DNA from: Escherichia phage vB_EcoS_Sponge
DNA length: 44,887 bases
Sequence record: NC_073081.1
Reading direction: 5' to 3' (one strand)
This document shows positions 1 to 9,940 of the stretch, piece by piece. Below the pieces are notes generated by a model. That model was not told the origin of the DNA and made no database searches. It saw only the letters and a list, made by a program, of their open reading frames with translations. Made by a program: the position numbers and the translations under genes. The stretch's first letter is position 1, and every line of letters begins with the position of its first letter.

Positions 1-16
1 ATTGGAGAATACTACA

Positions 17-379
17 ATGGCAAAAGCACCACTCTTCACACTTGACCCTAAGCCGACCTTTAAGCTGCAGATTGAGATCCCGCGCCCCGGTGAAAACGAA
101 CCGGGAAAAATGACGTTTACCGTGCGCCACCGCCCGATCGACGAATTTTCGCAGACCATGCAGGATACTGAGCGCAAGTTGTCGGAGTATGACGACAATG
201 ACCCTGACGGCTTTAACGTTATGGTCGAGGCCATAATGCACGTCGCTGAAGGCTGGAATCTGCCAGATGAATTTAACGCGGAGAACGTCCGCCGCCTGGT
301 GGTTAACTACCCTCGAGCGTTCGGTGTGTTCCACACGTCGTACTATCTCGAACTGATGGGATTGCGTGAAAAAAACTAA
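17..379 (+). CDS. tail assembly chaperone (gpG-like), 0-frame product
   Basis: ATG 17 (GGAG at 3-6) to TAA 377-379; acidic ~120-aa protein directly upstream of tape measure gene and, across the window junction, downstream of major tail gene. ORF track start at 2 is an in-frame TTG. Confidence 0.6.
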   Translation: MAKAPLFTLDPKPTFKLQIEIPRPGENEPGKMTFTVRHRPIDEFSQTMQDTERKLSEYDDNDPDGFNVMVEAIMHVAEGWNLPDEFNAENVRRLVVNYPRAFGVFHTSYYLELMGLREKN

Positions 380-693
380 TTGAGGCGGCGCGACGCTTTT
401 ATGGCCCGCCGCCACCCTCCGAAGATTTAGCCGCGAGTTTATGGGGGGCGGCCCCTGAAGACGTTTGCCCCCCGGTTGCACTATGGCCCGACAACGCGAA
501 GGTAGTCGCAGTCTTCACAGATTGCGCCACGCAATGGCGCACCGGATTCGGTGGCGCATACGGCATCGACTACGGCGTACTGGAATGGCTATTTAAGATG
601 CACGGCATCGAAAACGCGCAACGCGCGTTTAAAGATATCAAGCTAATGGAACGCGTTGCGCTGGATGAAATGGCGCGGCAGAACCCCGCATAA
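17..693 (+). CDS. tail assembly chaperone G-T fusion via programmed -1 ribosomal frameshift
   Basis: Slippery heptamer A_AAA_AAC at 370-376 immediately before the 0-frame stop; -1 frame then open 107 codons (KKLIEAARRF...EMARQNPA) to TAA 691-693. Matches the conserved G/G-T arrangement of tailed phages. Confidence 0.55.
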
Positions 694-697
694 CGGA

Positions 698-955
698 GCG
701 GGACAGGCGGGACGTCCCGTTTTGTCCCGCACCTCTAAAACTGCATATTTACTCACCACAATTGCATAAATTAAAAGCGGGACAGGGGTGCTGTCCCGAT
801 CTGTCCCACCCCCAAAATGTGAATGTCTATTCAGTTTTATTGCATAAAGTAAGCGGGACAAAAAGCGGGACAGAATGAGGCGGGACAAAGCGGGACAGCA
901 CCCTGTCCCCGCCAGTGCTGCCGCGGGTTTTAGCCGATCGGGACAGGCGGGACAA
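698..955. repeat. iteron cluster A: at least 7 exact GCGGGACA octamers (698, 777, 853, 865, 880, 890, 948; inverted copy 723-730) interleaved with TGCATAAA boxes
   Basis: Read directly: gcgggaca copies at listed starts, gggacgtccc palindrome 709-718, tgcataaa at 763 and 841; non-coding gap between G-T stop (693) and tape measure start (1077). Confidence 0.8.
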
Positions 956-957
956 AG

Positions 958-1013
958 CCCAGTCTTTCAGACTAGACGGGGGTCAATGGCCCCCCTCGTC
1001 TGAGACTGAATAA
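958..1013. repeat. 56-bp conserved double-hairpin core, copy A (identical to 29166-29221)
   Basis: cccagtctttcagactagacgggggtcaatggcccccctcgtctgagactgaataa; contains agtct-ttc-agact hairpin and a G5/C6 stem hairpin; exact second copy in island B. Confidence 0.85.
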
Positions 1014-1076
1014 GGTTTGTTTTAAATTCGCTGATACAATGACCGACGGCAACTGCATAAAAAGGGGGACTGCATA

Positions 1077-3719
1077 ATGGCAGATCAGGCAGCGGGCATC
1101 ACGCTCAAGGCGGACGTCGCGCAAATTAAAACGGCGAATACTGTGCTGGACACATTTGCGCAGAAATCCGAGAACACAGAACAGAAAGTCAAAAAATTAA
1201 ACGACACCCTCGGCAAGTCGAAAAAGGTCACGGGTGACGCCGCTGGCGGAATGGAAAAGTTAGCGACTGAATCTCAGCGTGCCGCCGACGGCATGACGAA
1301 ACAGGAGCGACTCGCCAGCCGATTAGGCATGTCGACCAAAAACCTGGGATTCGCATCGCGGAACGCCGCATTCCAGTTACAGGATATCGCGGTTACGCTT
1401 GAGATGGGTATGCCGGTGCACCGCGTCATGCTTCAGCAGCTACCACAGCTAACCGGCGCATTTGGCGGACTAGGTAACACGCTGCGTTATGTTGCAGGCT
1501 TCCTCGGCCCCGTAGGGATCGGCCTTGCCGCCGTAACGGCGACGTTAGGCGTGGGTGTTGCAATTACGTCCCGAGCAGAGAACCAGGTAGCGGCGCTTAA
1601 TAAGACGCTGGCACTTTCCGGTAACATTTCCGGCCTGACGGCAAACCAGATCCTGGTGCTGTCCGAGAACGCCGAGCGCATGGGCGGGTCATTTCGCAAG
1701 ACGCGTGACACAATCCAGGCGCTGGCGGCGGCGGGTGTGAAAGCAGGTGGTGACTTCGGCGCATTGGCTAAGGTAGTTAATGACTTTGCGAAGGTGTCCA
1801 GCCAGCCGATCGAGGATGTGGTAGCGGCGGTGGCGAAGCTGTCAACCGACCCCGTTGGCGGACTGCGTGCGCTGGCGGATAAGTATCACGTCGTAAACGA
1901 AGCGCAGATCCAGCAGGTACAGTCGCTCGTTGATGCGGGTCGTGAGACAGACGCAGTTGCGTTGGCTAACAAAACAGCCGCTGCGTCGTTCACCAGCATG
2001 ACCAATGAGATCAAGGCGAACATGGGTACGCTTGAGCGATCTATGAACGTCGTCACATCGGCAGCCAAATCAATGTGGGATGCCATCCTGGATGTGGGCC
2101 GCGCGCAGTCCTCCAATGAATCCGAGATGAAAGCGCGCGAATCACTGCAGCGGCTGACCACGGCTTACTATGCCGAGATGAAAGCGGTAAACGCTGCCGG
2201 TGGGGTAATGCCTGAAGCGCAGAAAGCACGTATTAACATGCTTTACAGCGAACTGGTCGCCCAGGAAAAAGTGGTGGCGTCGCTCACCCTGCGTAACCGT
2301 GCTGAGCGAGACAACGCCCGCGCCGCAGACGAATCCGCAAAGGCGAACGAGGAGGCCAACCGCACTGCCCGTGACCGCGCCGCGTTCGAGAAGGAATACG
2401 CCACCAACGCTAAGAAGCGCGCCGACGAGATCGCCCGCCTCAATTTGCTGAATAAGCGCGGCGTTATTGATGAGAAAGAACTAGCCGAGGCGGTGAAGCA
2501 GGTAAACGAGCGGTACAAAGACCCAGCCCCGAAAAAGGCCGCGGCTGTTCGCGTGGATGCCGGTATGAAAATGCTGGAAGTCGCACGGAGCGAACTGGCC
2601 CAGCTTCGAGAATCCGGCAAGCAGATCGAAGCCAACGCGTCTACGCAGACCCGCACGCAACGCGCTCAAGCGGCCTTAAACAAGCTGATCGCCGACAATG
2701 AGCAGTTAATCGCTGCGAGCAAAGAAAGAGCGCTAACGGCAGCAGAAAAGCAGCAATTAGTCGAGTTCGGGCGCGTGAAGGAAGTCCGCGAGCAGATCGT
2801 CGAAGAAGCCAAATTGCTGGATGCGAAAGAGCAGCAGGTTAAGGCGCACGCGCAGATCGATGCCTTCGTTAAGAACCAGAACGCCGAACTAAAAGCCACC
2901 GCCGCGGGGTATGCGCTTTCCACTCGCGAAGCGGCAAACCTGCGCGAAGAATTGCAGCTAATTGACCGCCTGAAGCGGGTGGGCGCTAACGATACCGATA
3001 TTGATCTGGCGGTGTCTAAGCTGCGCGAAGTGCAGGAAGCACAGACCGGTGCTAACGCCTCGCTATGGGATGGCTTCAGCCGAGGGCTTAAGGATAGCGT
3101 GGATGATATGGGTAACGGCTATACGCAGATGGCGTCACTCACAAAATTCACGTTCGGCGCTATGCAGGACACGATGAACGAGTTTTTCGAGACTGGCAAG
3201 CTGAACGCAAAGGATATGGTTAAGTCCATTCTGAGCGAATTAATCAAGCTGGCTACATCGCAGGCGTTCAAGTCCATCGTTAGCGCTTTCGGTGGCGACG
3301 GCGGCAAAAACGGATTGTTCGGCGCTATCTTCTCCGGCCTCACTAAGAATGCGGACGGCGGAGCGTACGCAGGGGGCAATCTCGCGGCCTATTCGGGGCA
3401 GGTGGTAAGCCAGCCAACCTTTTTCAGTTATGGCGTCCAGGCGTTCGCTAAGGGCGCAGGATTGATGGGCGAGGCTGGTCCAGAGGCCATCATGCCGCTG
3501 AAGCGCGGGCCGGACGGGAAACTGGGCGTTGCCGCGTCTGGCGCAGGCGGTGGTATGGTCGTGACGACTAACGTTTACACGGGGACCGGTAAAACGGATA
3601 CCAGTGTCAGCGGGCCGGATCCCCGTACCGCGCAGGCGTTCGGCAAGCAAATCACCGAGGCGGTGAAGGCCGAGATCGTGAAGGCGACGAAACCGGGTGG
3701 TGTACTTTACAAACGATGA
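1077..3719 (+). CDS. tail tape measure protein
   Basis: 880-aa ORF immediately after the G/G-T chaperone; Ala/coiled-coil rich with hydrophobic segment (GFLGPVGIGLAAVTATLGVGVAI) and Gly-rich C-terminus; AGGGGGA SD before ATG 1077. Confidence 0.85.
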   Translation: MADQAAGITLKADVAQIKTANTVLDTFAQKSENTEQKVKKLNDTLGKSKKVTGDAAGGMEKLATESQRAADGMTKQERLASRLGMSTKNLGFASRNAAFQLQDIAVTLEMGMPVHRVMLQQLPQLTGAFGGLGNTLRYVAGFLGPVGIGLAAVTATLGVGVAITSRAENQVAALNKTLALSGNISGLTANQILVLSENAERMGGSFRKTRDTIQALAAAGVKAGGDFGALAKVVNDFAKVSSQPIEDVVAAVAKLSTDPVGGLRALADKYHVVNEAQIQQVQSLVDAGRETDAVALANKTAAASFTSMTNEIKANMGTLERSMNVVTSAAKSMWDAILDVGRAQSSNESEMKARESLQRLTTAYYAEMKAVNAAGGVMPEAQKARINMLYSELVAQEKVVASLTLRNRAERDNARAADESAKANEEANRTARDRAAFEKEYATNAKKRADEIARLNLLNKRGVIDEKELAEAVKQVNERYKDPAPKKAAAVRVDAGMKMLEVARSELAQLRESGKQIEANASTQTRTQRAQAALNKLIADNEQLIAASKERALTAAEKQQLVEFGRVKEVREQIVEEAKLLDAKEQQVKAHAQIDAFVKNQNAELKATAAGYALSTREAANLREELQLIDRLKRVGANDTDIDLAVSKLREVQEAQTGANASLWDGFSRGLKDSVDDMGNGYTQMASLTKFTFGAMQDTMNEFFETGKLNAKDMVKSILSELIKLATSQAFKSIVSAFGGDGGKNGLFGAIFSGLTKNADGGAYAGGNLAAYSGQVVSQPTFFSYGVQAFAKGAGLMGEAGPEAIMPLKRGPDGKLGVAASGAGGGMVVTTNVYTGTGKTDTSVSGPDPRTAQAFGKQITEAVKAEIVKATKPGGVLYKR

Positions 3720-3753
3720 TAAAATGGCCCTCACTACAACGTGGGGGCTTTTT

Positions 3754-4353
3754 ATGTCACAAGGTACAATCACACTAACGAAAGGAAGTAAGACCGTCAC
3801 GGGCGCGGGAACGGCGTTCCTTAGCGAGATCGGGAAGGTACTCGTATTCGCCCGCATCGACGGCAACGACTACACCGGCAAAATTGCGGCATTCAACTCG
3901 AACACGGTCATTACTCTGAAAGATAACTGGGCTGGGCCAACGAAATCCGGTGCGACATATGAGCTAATCGAAGCACACGACCCGCGATCAAACGAATGGC
4001 CCTATTACTGGCACATGCAATTGCAGGGCGGTGGCGACGTGCAGTTAGCTTTCCGGTCGGAGGAATTGCAATTCGGTAATGGCTACGGACAGAACATCGC
4101 GGACGGCCCGAACGCCGAAACGAAACAGTTCCCCGTGCAATTCGTCGGGCTGACTACGGACAAGTGGTGCAACCCTAAACTGGTTTACAACTTCCTTCGC
4201 GGGCACTTCGTCAAGCCGTTTGTCGTCACCGCGCCGGATGGCGAAACAGGTTTATTCGTGGTCGAGCGTTCGAGCTTGTCGTACACGGACAACGGACACC
4301 TCACGGCAACCGTATCTGCCACCCTTAAGACTGCTATTGGATTCGTAAGATGA
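3754..4353 (+). CDS. minor tail protein (gpM-like position)
   Basis: ORF following tape measure; ATG 3754 preceded by GTGGGGG; an in-frame ATG at 3724 is also possible. Function from synteny only. Confidence 0.45.
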   Translation: MSQGTITLTKGSKTVTGAGTAFLSEIGKVLVFARIDGNDYTGKIAAFNSNTVITLKDNWAGPTKSGATYELIEAHDPRSNEWPYYWHMQLQGGGDVQLAFRSEELQFGNGYGQNIADGPNAETKQFPVQFVGLTTDKWCNPKLVYNFLRGHFVKPFVVTAPDGETGLFVVERSSLSYTDNGHLTATVSATLKTAIGFVR

Positions 4354-5138
4354 ATAAACTTTATCGCGAGGCTACGCGCTTTGACCCATCGGGTCGCGTT
4401 CGCCTGATTCACATTGACGCGCAGGACGTGGAACCAGGCGACGGTGCGATCGGCGCGGGCCATCACTATTTCCACTACTGCTTTATTCCGCACACTGCCG
4501 AGGATATTGCTGCCGCCGGTGGTGACGAGGATAAGCTAAAACCTAAATCAATCTTCTTCGGCGGGCAGGAGTTCGAATTTTGGCCCTTCGATTTGTCCGG
4601 CCTTAACTTCTCCACATCGACGGCGGCAGAACCGCAACTAACAATCGTCGATATTGGCGGCATAATAACCCGGCTGTCGCTGAACCACGACCAGCTACTT
4701 GGCGCGAAGGTTGAGATCATTGATACGTTCGCGAAGTTCCTGGATAACGGGACAGATCCAGACCCGACGCAGAAACGAATTCAGGAGTATTACATCGACT
4801 CCCAGGTGGGCCGAAATCCGGGCAAGCAAATTACCTTCGCACTATCCTCGCCTGCGGATATGGAAGGGCAGGTCGTTCCCCGTCGCCAAATCATGAATAT
4901 GTGCGAGTGGGCGCTCAACGGGAAGTACGCCAGCGGGGACGGGTGCACCTGGAACCTTGCGAAGCCTGGTATAAAGTATTATGACGAGCGAGGTAATGAA
5001 GTCATCGCGATGAACATGGACCGATGCGGCGGCTGTTTGTCAGACTGTTATCTTCGATTTGGGCAAGGGCTTGCGGACCCTAAAGCGGCGGTGCTGGACT
5101 TCGGCGGCTTTCCGGGGTCCAGATTAATTAAGGGGTAG
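4350..5138 (+). CDS. minor tail protein L-like
   Basis: ATGA overlap with upstream gene; 262 aa with Cys-rich C-terminus (CEW...GCTW...DRCGGCLSDC) as in lambda gpL; synteny H-M-L-K-I-J. Confidence 0.6.
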   Translation: MNKLYREATRFDPSGRVRLIHIDAQDVEPGDGAIGAGHHYFHYCFIPHTAEDIAAAGGDEDKLKPKSIFFGGQEFEFWPFDLSGLNFSTSTAAEPQLTIVDIGGIITRLSLNHDQLLGAKVEIIDTFAKFLDNGTDPDPTQKRIQEYYIDSQVGRNPGKQITFALSSPADMEGQVVPRRQIMNMCEWALNGKYASGDGCTWNLAKPGIKYYDERGNEVIAMNMDRCGGCLSDCYLRFGQGLADPKAAVLDFGGFPGSRLIKG

Positions 5139-5140
5139 TT

Positions 5141-5881
5141 ATGTTAACGAAAAAGGTTAAAAGCGATATCGCCGCACACGTCGCGGCGTGTCTGCCGGAA
5201 GAAGCCTGTGGCCTGGTTGTCATGGTGGGTCGTAAGCAAGTGTTCGTCCCATGTCTGAACGTATTCGAAGACCCGACCGGCGTGCGCTCCCGCAAAGACG
5301 CTTTTACGATTAGTGATATGGCCTGGATGGATGCCGAGGATATGGGCGACGTCGTGCGCGTAGTCCACTCACACCCGGGTCAGCGCGAGTTAACCCCCTC
5401 ACTGGGCGACGTTAACGGATGCAACGGCAGCGGCGTAGTGTGGACCATCACTAACGAATATGGCGACTTTATTGAGATTGACCCGGAAGACCCGCCGCTG
5501 GTAGGCCGCCGATTTGTTCTCGGAATTACGGATTGTTACGGCCTCGTCATGGACTGGCACAAAAAGCAGGGAGTAAATTTGCCAGACTTCCGCGTGCCGT
5601 ACAACTGGTGGGAGACCGGGGAGAACCTGTACATGGATAACTGGTACGGTGCAGGCTTCAGGGAATGCGAGGAGAATACGCCTGGGGCGATGGTCATCAT
5701 GCAGATTAGCGCGCCAGTGCCTAACCACGCCGGGATATTCCTTCCGGGCAACCAACTCCTACACCATATCTACGGCAGTCTGTCGAGCGTGATACCCTTC
5801 CGGTCAGGATTTTTCCGGGACAATGTGGTTAAATGGGTACGTCATAAAGACCTACCGGGGAATATAACAGAATGGCAATGA
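5141..5881 (+). CDS. tail assembly protein K-like (MPN/JAB + NlpC/P60 domains)
   Basis: JAMM-like motif HSHPG...SLGD and NlpC/P60-like Cys/His (DCYGLV ... NHAGIF); position before I and J. Confidence 0.7.
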   Translation: MLTKKVKSDIAAHVAACLPEEACGLVVMVGRKQVFVPCLNVFEDPTGVRSRKDAFTISDMAWMDAEDMGDVVRVVHSHPGQRELTPSLGDVNGCNGSGVVWTITNEYGDFIEIDPEDPPLVGRRFVLGITDCYGLVMDWHKKQGVNLPDFRVPYNWWETGENLYMDNWYGAGFRECEENTPGAMVIMQISAPVPNHAGIFLPGNQLLHHIYGSLSSVIPFRSGFFRDNVVKWVRHKDLPGNITEWQ

Positions 5882-6489
5882 CCACATTTAAATTATACGG
5901 CGTTTTAGGACGTCGATTCGGTAAAGTGCATAAGCTGGACTGCTTCACTCCGGGCGAGGGTATCACCGGCCTGTGCGTGAAGTTACCCGGCTTACAGGAC
6001 TTTCTAATGTCGGCCCACCTGGACAATATGATGTTCAAGGTGCGCAAAGGCGACCACACGATGACCGGCTATGATGAGCTGGGCGAGTTCCACGGCAACC
6101 GCGTCGTTACCATCGCTCCGGTTATGACGGGCGCAAAAAGAGGGTTGGGACAATTGCTGGCGGGTGTCGCGATCGTAGTGGCGTCGTTCTATACGGGCGG
6201 ACTTGCTACTGCCGCTTTCGGGGCTTCGGCTGCAACCGCTGCCGCTATCGGGACGGCGACGTTTTCGTTCGGGATGTCGATGGCGCTGGGTGGCGTTATG
6301 CAATTGCTGTCGCCACAACCGAAAGGATTGCAGACAAGGCAGGACGTGGATAACAAAGCGTCGTACGCGTTCGGCGGGCCAGTGAATACAACAGCGCAAG
6401 GCACGGCGCTTGGTGTATTATGGGGCGAGCGTGAGATCGGCGGCGCTATTATTTCAGCCGGAATAGTAACCGAGGACTTGAACGAATGA
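5872..6489 (+). CDS. tail assembly protein I-like
   Basis: 205-aa ORF overlapping K end and J start (ATGA at 6486); Gly/Ala-rich hydrophobic C-terminus; synteny. Confidence 0.55.
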   Translation: MAMTTFKLYGVLGRRFGKVHKLDCFTPGEGITGLCVKLPGLQDFLMSAHLDNMMFKVRKGDHTMTGYDELGEFHGNRVVTIAPVMTGAKRGLGQLLAGVAIVVASFYTGGLATAAFGASAATAAAIGTATFSFGMSMALGGVMQLLSPQPKGLQTRQDVDNKASYAFGGPVNTTAQGTALGVLWGEREIGGAIISAGIVTEDLNE

Positions 6490-9400
6490 CGATTATCTAC
6501 GACGTCACAGGGCATAAAGGCGGCGGCGGCAAACAGCACACCCCACAGGAGACGCCAGACAGCCTGCATTCGCTGGCTAAAATCCGCATCTTGCTTGCGC
6601 TGGGGGAAGGGGAATTCGAAAGTATTACCAGCGCCAGCGAATTGCGGCAGCGTGTTTACTTGGATGGAACGCCGATCCAGAACGCTGACCTGTCCGAAAA
6701 CTTCCCTGGCGCGCGTGTGGAGTTCCGCCCTGGCACACAGCACCAGGATGTGATCCACGGATTTTCAGCGGTGGAAAGTGAGCAATCTGTCGGCGTAAAA
6801 CTGGAAAACGGCACGCCGTGGGTGCGCCAGATTAACGATACCAGTCTGGACGCTGTTCGCATTCGCATCGGCATTCCAGCCCTGTACACTAACGAAGATA
6901 ATGGCGACCTGGTGGGCGGGCGCATCGACTATAAGATAGTTGTGTATACGGATAACGCCGACCCGCGTGAGTTCAGATTCGCCGCCGTTGGTAAAACAAT
7001 GTCGCTATATGAGCGCGACCACCGCATCGAATTACCTCCGAACGTTAACACCGGCTGGCGCGTGGAGGTGCACCGCATAACGGCAGACTCCACATCGGCG
7101 AAAGTGGTTAATGATATCCGGGTGCAGTCCATCACTGAGATTATTGACGCCCGCCTGCGTTACCCGCTAACCGCGCTGTTGTTTGTGGAGTTCGACGCCA
7201 AAGCGTTCCAGAACATCCCGCGCGTGTCCATCAAGTGCAAAGGCCGCAAAGTTCTAATACCGAACAACTACGACCCGATTAACCATACCTATTCCGGGGA
7301 CTGGGACGGCACGTTTAAACGCGCATGGACGGATAACCCTGCGTGGCACTGGTACGATATTTGTATTACTGAGCGCTTCGGCCTCGGTCGGCGTATCAAA
7401 CCGCAAATGTTAAACCGGTACGCGCTCTACCAGATTTCGCAGCGCTGCGATCAGTTGGTCAGCGACGGCAACGGTGGTCGAGAAATCCGCTTTAAGAATG
7501 ATATGTACATCCAGTCGCAGACAGACGCCTGGACCGTGCTTAAGGATTTGGCTGCCATCTTTGCTGGGATGACCTGGTGGGGCAACCAGATGTTGAATAT
7601 CGTCAGTGACCAACCGGTCGCAGCAGTGTCGCACACTATCACCAACGCCTCGGTAATTGATGGGCGATTCGACTACGCATCTGGTAGCCAGAAAACGCGC
7701 TATTCCACATTCGCGGTAGCATACGGCAATCCGAAAAACCACTATGAAGATGCTATCGCAACGGGGCAACGTGTCGAACTGGTACGCCGCCATAAGATTA
7801 ACCGTCTTGATATTACGGCGATCGGCTGTACGCGTGAATCTGAAGCGCAACGCCGCGGGCACTGGGCGCTAATTTCCAACCAGCTTGACCAGCAAGTTAG
7901 CTTTAAAGTTGGCATGGAAGGGTTATTCTTTATTCCAGGTAGCGTAGTCGCGATCGCGGATACAAACATTTCTGGCGGTTTTGAGACGCGCGGCGGTCGG
8001 CTGTTGTCGGACCCCGGAACGCGTACCGTGCTGAACACGGACAGCGAAATCACATTCCGCCCTGGCGATAAGTTCCTGGTGCGCACCGATAGCGGTAATG
8101 TGGAGACTCGCGAGATCGCCAGCGTCAACGGCAACAAGGTAACGCTAAAAACCGCACTGGACGCCAACCCTATTCCTGACCAGCCGTTTTGCGTTGACGG
8201 GGATGATATCCAGTTGCAAAAATTCCGCATCACCGATCTGGAATATGACGACTCTACGAGCACTTTCTCGGTGCGCGGGATTGAATATAACGATAGCAAA
8301 TATGATGCCGTTGATAATGGCGCGCGCCTAGACCCGGGCATCTTTACACAAGTGCCGGACGGTGTAATGAAGGGGCCGGAATCCGTGACTATAACTCCGT
8401 CGCAGATTTCATCGCAAGGCCAGCTAATCACCAACGTGGATATTGTTTTCCCGCCGGTGAAAGATGCCGTGGTGTATGAAATCCAGTGGAGGCGTACTAG
8501 CCTGCAGAATATGGAAATCCAGTGGGGTAACGACTGGGTGAATATCCCGCGCACGGCGTCGAATGGGGCGCACATCCCCAACGTGTTCTCCGGTAACTAC
8601 CAGGCACGCGTCCGCGCGATCGGTATGGGTGAAATCTCGTCCCCGTGGGTGTCGTCACCCATCACGCCGATCGAAGGTCGCCTCGGTGGGCTTAATGCGC
8701 CAATCATCACCAACGCGATTTCAGGTTTGCACCAGATCCTATGGAAGTGGAACCACAACAACGCCGCGACGGATATCTCCTACACAGAGCTTGAAGTGCG
8801 CAAGACGGGCGAAACGGAATGGAAATTCCTGTCCAACGTCCCATACCCTGGGGCAGAGTATGCGCAAACGTCGCTGGAGTTCGGGATTTACCAGCAGTTG
8901 CGCGCCCGTGTGGTGGATAAAATCGGCAACCGGTCGGACTGGTCGGCCCCGTTTGAAGGGCAGGTGAGTGACAAAGTTGACGAGTACATGAAGGGGCTTG
9001 AGGACGAGTTCTTGACTTCCGAGGATGGTAAACGCTTCCAGGAAGCAATCAACACGATCCCGCAGGGTATTTACGAGGCGATGCTCACCGACGCGCAGCA
9101 ATTGTTCAACGCCCGCGCCGAGTACAAGGGGATTTATGCGGAAATCTCGGTCGCGTATAACGTGGCGGCGGACGCCCACAAGGCGGTCGCTCAACTGGAG
9201 ACGTTGATCGGCACGCGACTTGATGACGCGGAAGCTGCGATCCACACGTTGCAGACCGCGCAGAGCACACAGGAACAAGCGTTCGCCCAGTATCAGCAAA
9301 CTGTTGCCGCTAAGTTCGGGGAACAGGAAGCCGCCATCCAGCAGGTACAAACGGCAACCGCAGACGTGGCGGGAGCGCTGGCGGAATATAAGACCCAGGT

Positions 9401-9905
9401 CGCGACACAGTTCGGTCAGCAGTCCGCCGCTATCGAGCAGAAGATGACGTCCTCGTTTAACCACTCTGGTGGTAGCGCCACGTATAGCCTTAAGGCGGGC
9501 GTGACGTATAACGGGACTTACTATGATGCGGGTATGCAGCTTTCCGTTGTGACGTCTGGCAACGCGGTTAAATCGCGTATTGCGTTCAAGGCGGACCAGT
9601 TCTACATCATGCACCCATCTAATGGGTCGCTTTCGTCCGCGTTTATTGTTGACGGTGGTCAGGTGTACATCGACACCGCCCGCATCAAGAATGCGTCCAT
9701 TAACTTTGCGCAGATAACGGACACGTTGCAGTCCAACAACTACGACGGCAGTACTCGAGGATGGCGCTTAGGTAAGGATGGAACGTTTATCAACCTGGGG
9801 ACTGGAAGCGGTGGTGGTACAAAGCAGACCAACACCAACTACAGCGTTAAAGACGCGAACGGTGTTTTACGCGTGCAAATTGGCGAGCTTACGGGTCGCT
9901 GGTAG
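6486..9905 (+). CDS. central tail fibre / host specificity protein J-like
   Basis: 1139-aa ORF; N-terminus HKGGGGKQHTPQETPDSLHSLAKIRILLALGEGEF resembles the gpJ N-terminus; follows K and I genes; terminator downstream. Confidence 0.85.
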   Translation: MTIIYDVTGHKGGGGKQHTPQETPDSLHSLAKIRILLALGEGEFESITSASELRQRVYLDGTPIQNADLSENFPGARVEFRPGTQHQDVIHGFSAVESEQSVGVKLENGTPWVRQINDTSLDAVRIRIGIPALYTNEDNGDLVGGRIDYKIVVYTDNADPREFRFAAVGKTMSLYERDHRIELPPNVNTGWRVEVHRITADSTSAKVVNDIRVQSITEIIDARLRYPLTALLFVEFDAKAFQNIPRVSIKCKGRKVLIPNNYDPINHTYSGDWDGTFKRAWTDNPAWHWYDICITERFGLGRRIKPQMLNRYALYQISQRCDQLVSDGNGGREIRFKNDMYIQSQTDAWTVLKDLAAIFAGMTWWGNQMLNIVSDQPVAAVSHTITNASVIDGRFDYASGSQKTRYSTFAVAYGNPKNHYEDAIATGQRVELVRRHKINRLDITAIGCTRESEAQRRGHWALISNQLDQQVSFKVGMEGLFFIPGSVVAIADTNISGGFETRGGRLLSDPGTRTVLNTDSEITFRPGDKFLVRTDSGNVETREIASVNGNKVTLKTALDANPIPDQPFCVDGDDIQLQKFRITDLEYDDSTSTFSVRGIEYNDSKYDAVDNGARLDPGIFTQVPDGVMKGPESVTITPSQISSQGQLITNVDIVFPPVKDAVVYEIQWRRTSLQNMEIQWGNDWVNIPRTASNGAHIPNVFSGNYQARVRAIGMGEISSPWVSSPITPIEGRLGGLNAPIITNAISGLHQILWKWNHNNAATDISYTELEVRKTGETEWKFLSNVPYPGAEYAQTSLEFGIYQQLRARVVDKIGNRSDWSAPFEGQVSDKVDEYMKGLEDEFLTSEDGKRFQEAINTIPQGIYEAMLTDAQQLFNARAEYKGIYAEISVAYNVAADAHKAVAQLETLIGTRLDDAEAAIHTLQTAQSTQEQAFAQYQQTVAAKFGEQEAAIQQVQTATADVAGALAEYKTQVATQFGQQSAAIEQKMTSSFNHSGGSATYSLKAGVTYNGTYYDAGMQLSVVTSGNAVKSRIAFKADQFYIMHPSNGSLSSAFIVDGGQVYIDTARIKNASINFAQITDTLQSNNYDGSTRGWRLGKDGTFINLGTGSGGGTKQTNTNYSVKDANGVLRVQIGELTGRW

Positions 9906-9908
9906 TAT

Positions 9909-9927
9909 GGGGGCTTCGGCCCCTTTT
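9909..9927 (+). terminator. intrinsic terminator after J gene
   Basis: ggggc-ttcg-gcccc hairpin followed by TTTT directly after TAG 9903-9905. Confidence 0.6.
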
Positions 9928-9940
9928 AACGAGGTTATTT

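Noticed and set aside
2-16. TTG start at position 2 for the tail chaperone
   Set aside because: ATG at 17 with GGAG upstream is a better start; the TTG would only make sense if the window began inside the gene.
643-888. 81-aa minus-strand ORF overlapping the G-T extension and iteron island A
   Set aside because: It reads through the GCGGGACA repeats and overlaps the frameshift extension; no SD; most likely a repeat artefact.
698-955. Possible CRISPR array
   Set aside because: Repeat unit is only 8 bp with irregular 1-30 bp spacing and no uniform spacers; this fits protein-binding iterons, not a CRISPR locus.
7742-9614. Long antisense ORFs inside the J gene (7742..8581, 8739..9614); similar ones inside the polymerase and primase genes
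   Set aside because: Shadow ORFs opposite long, well-supported genes; no start signals; high-GC frame artefacts.
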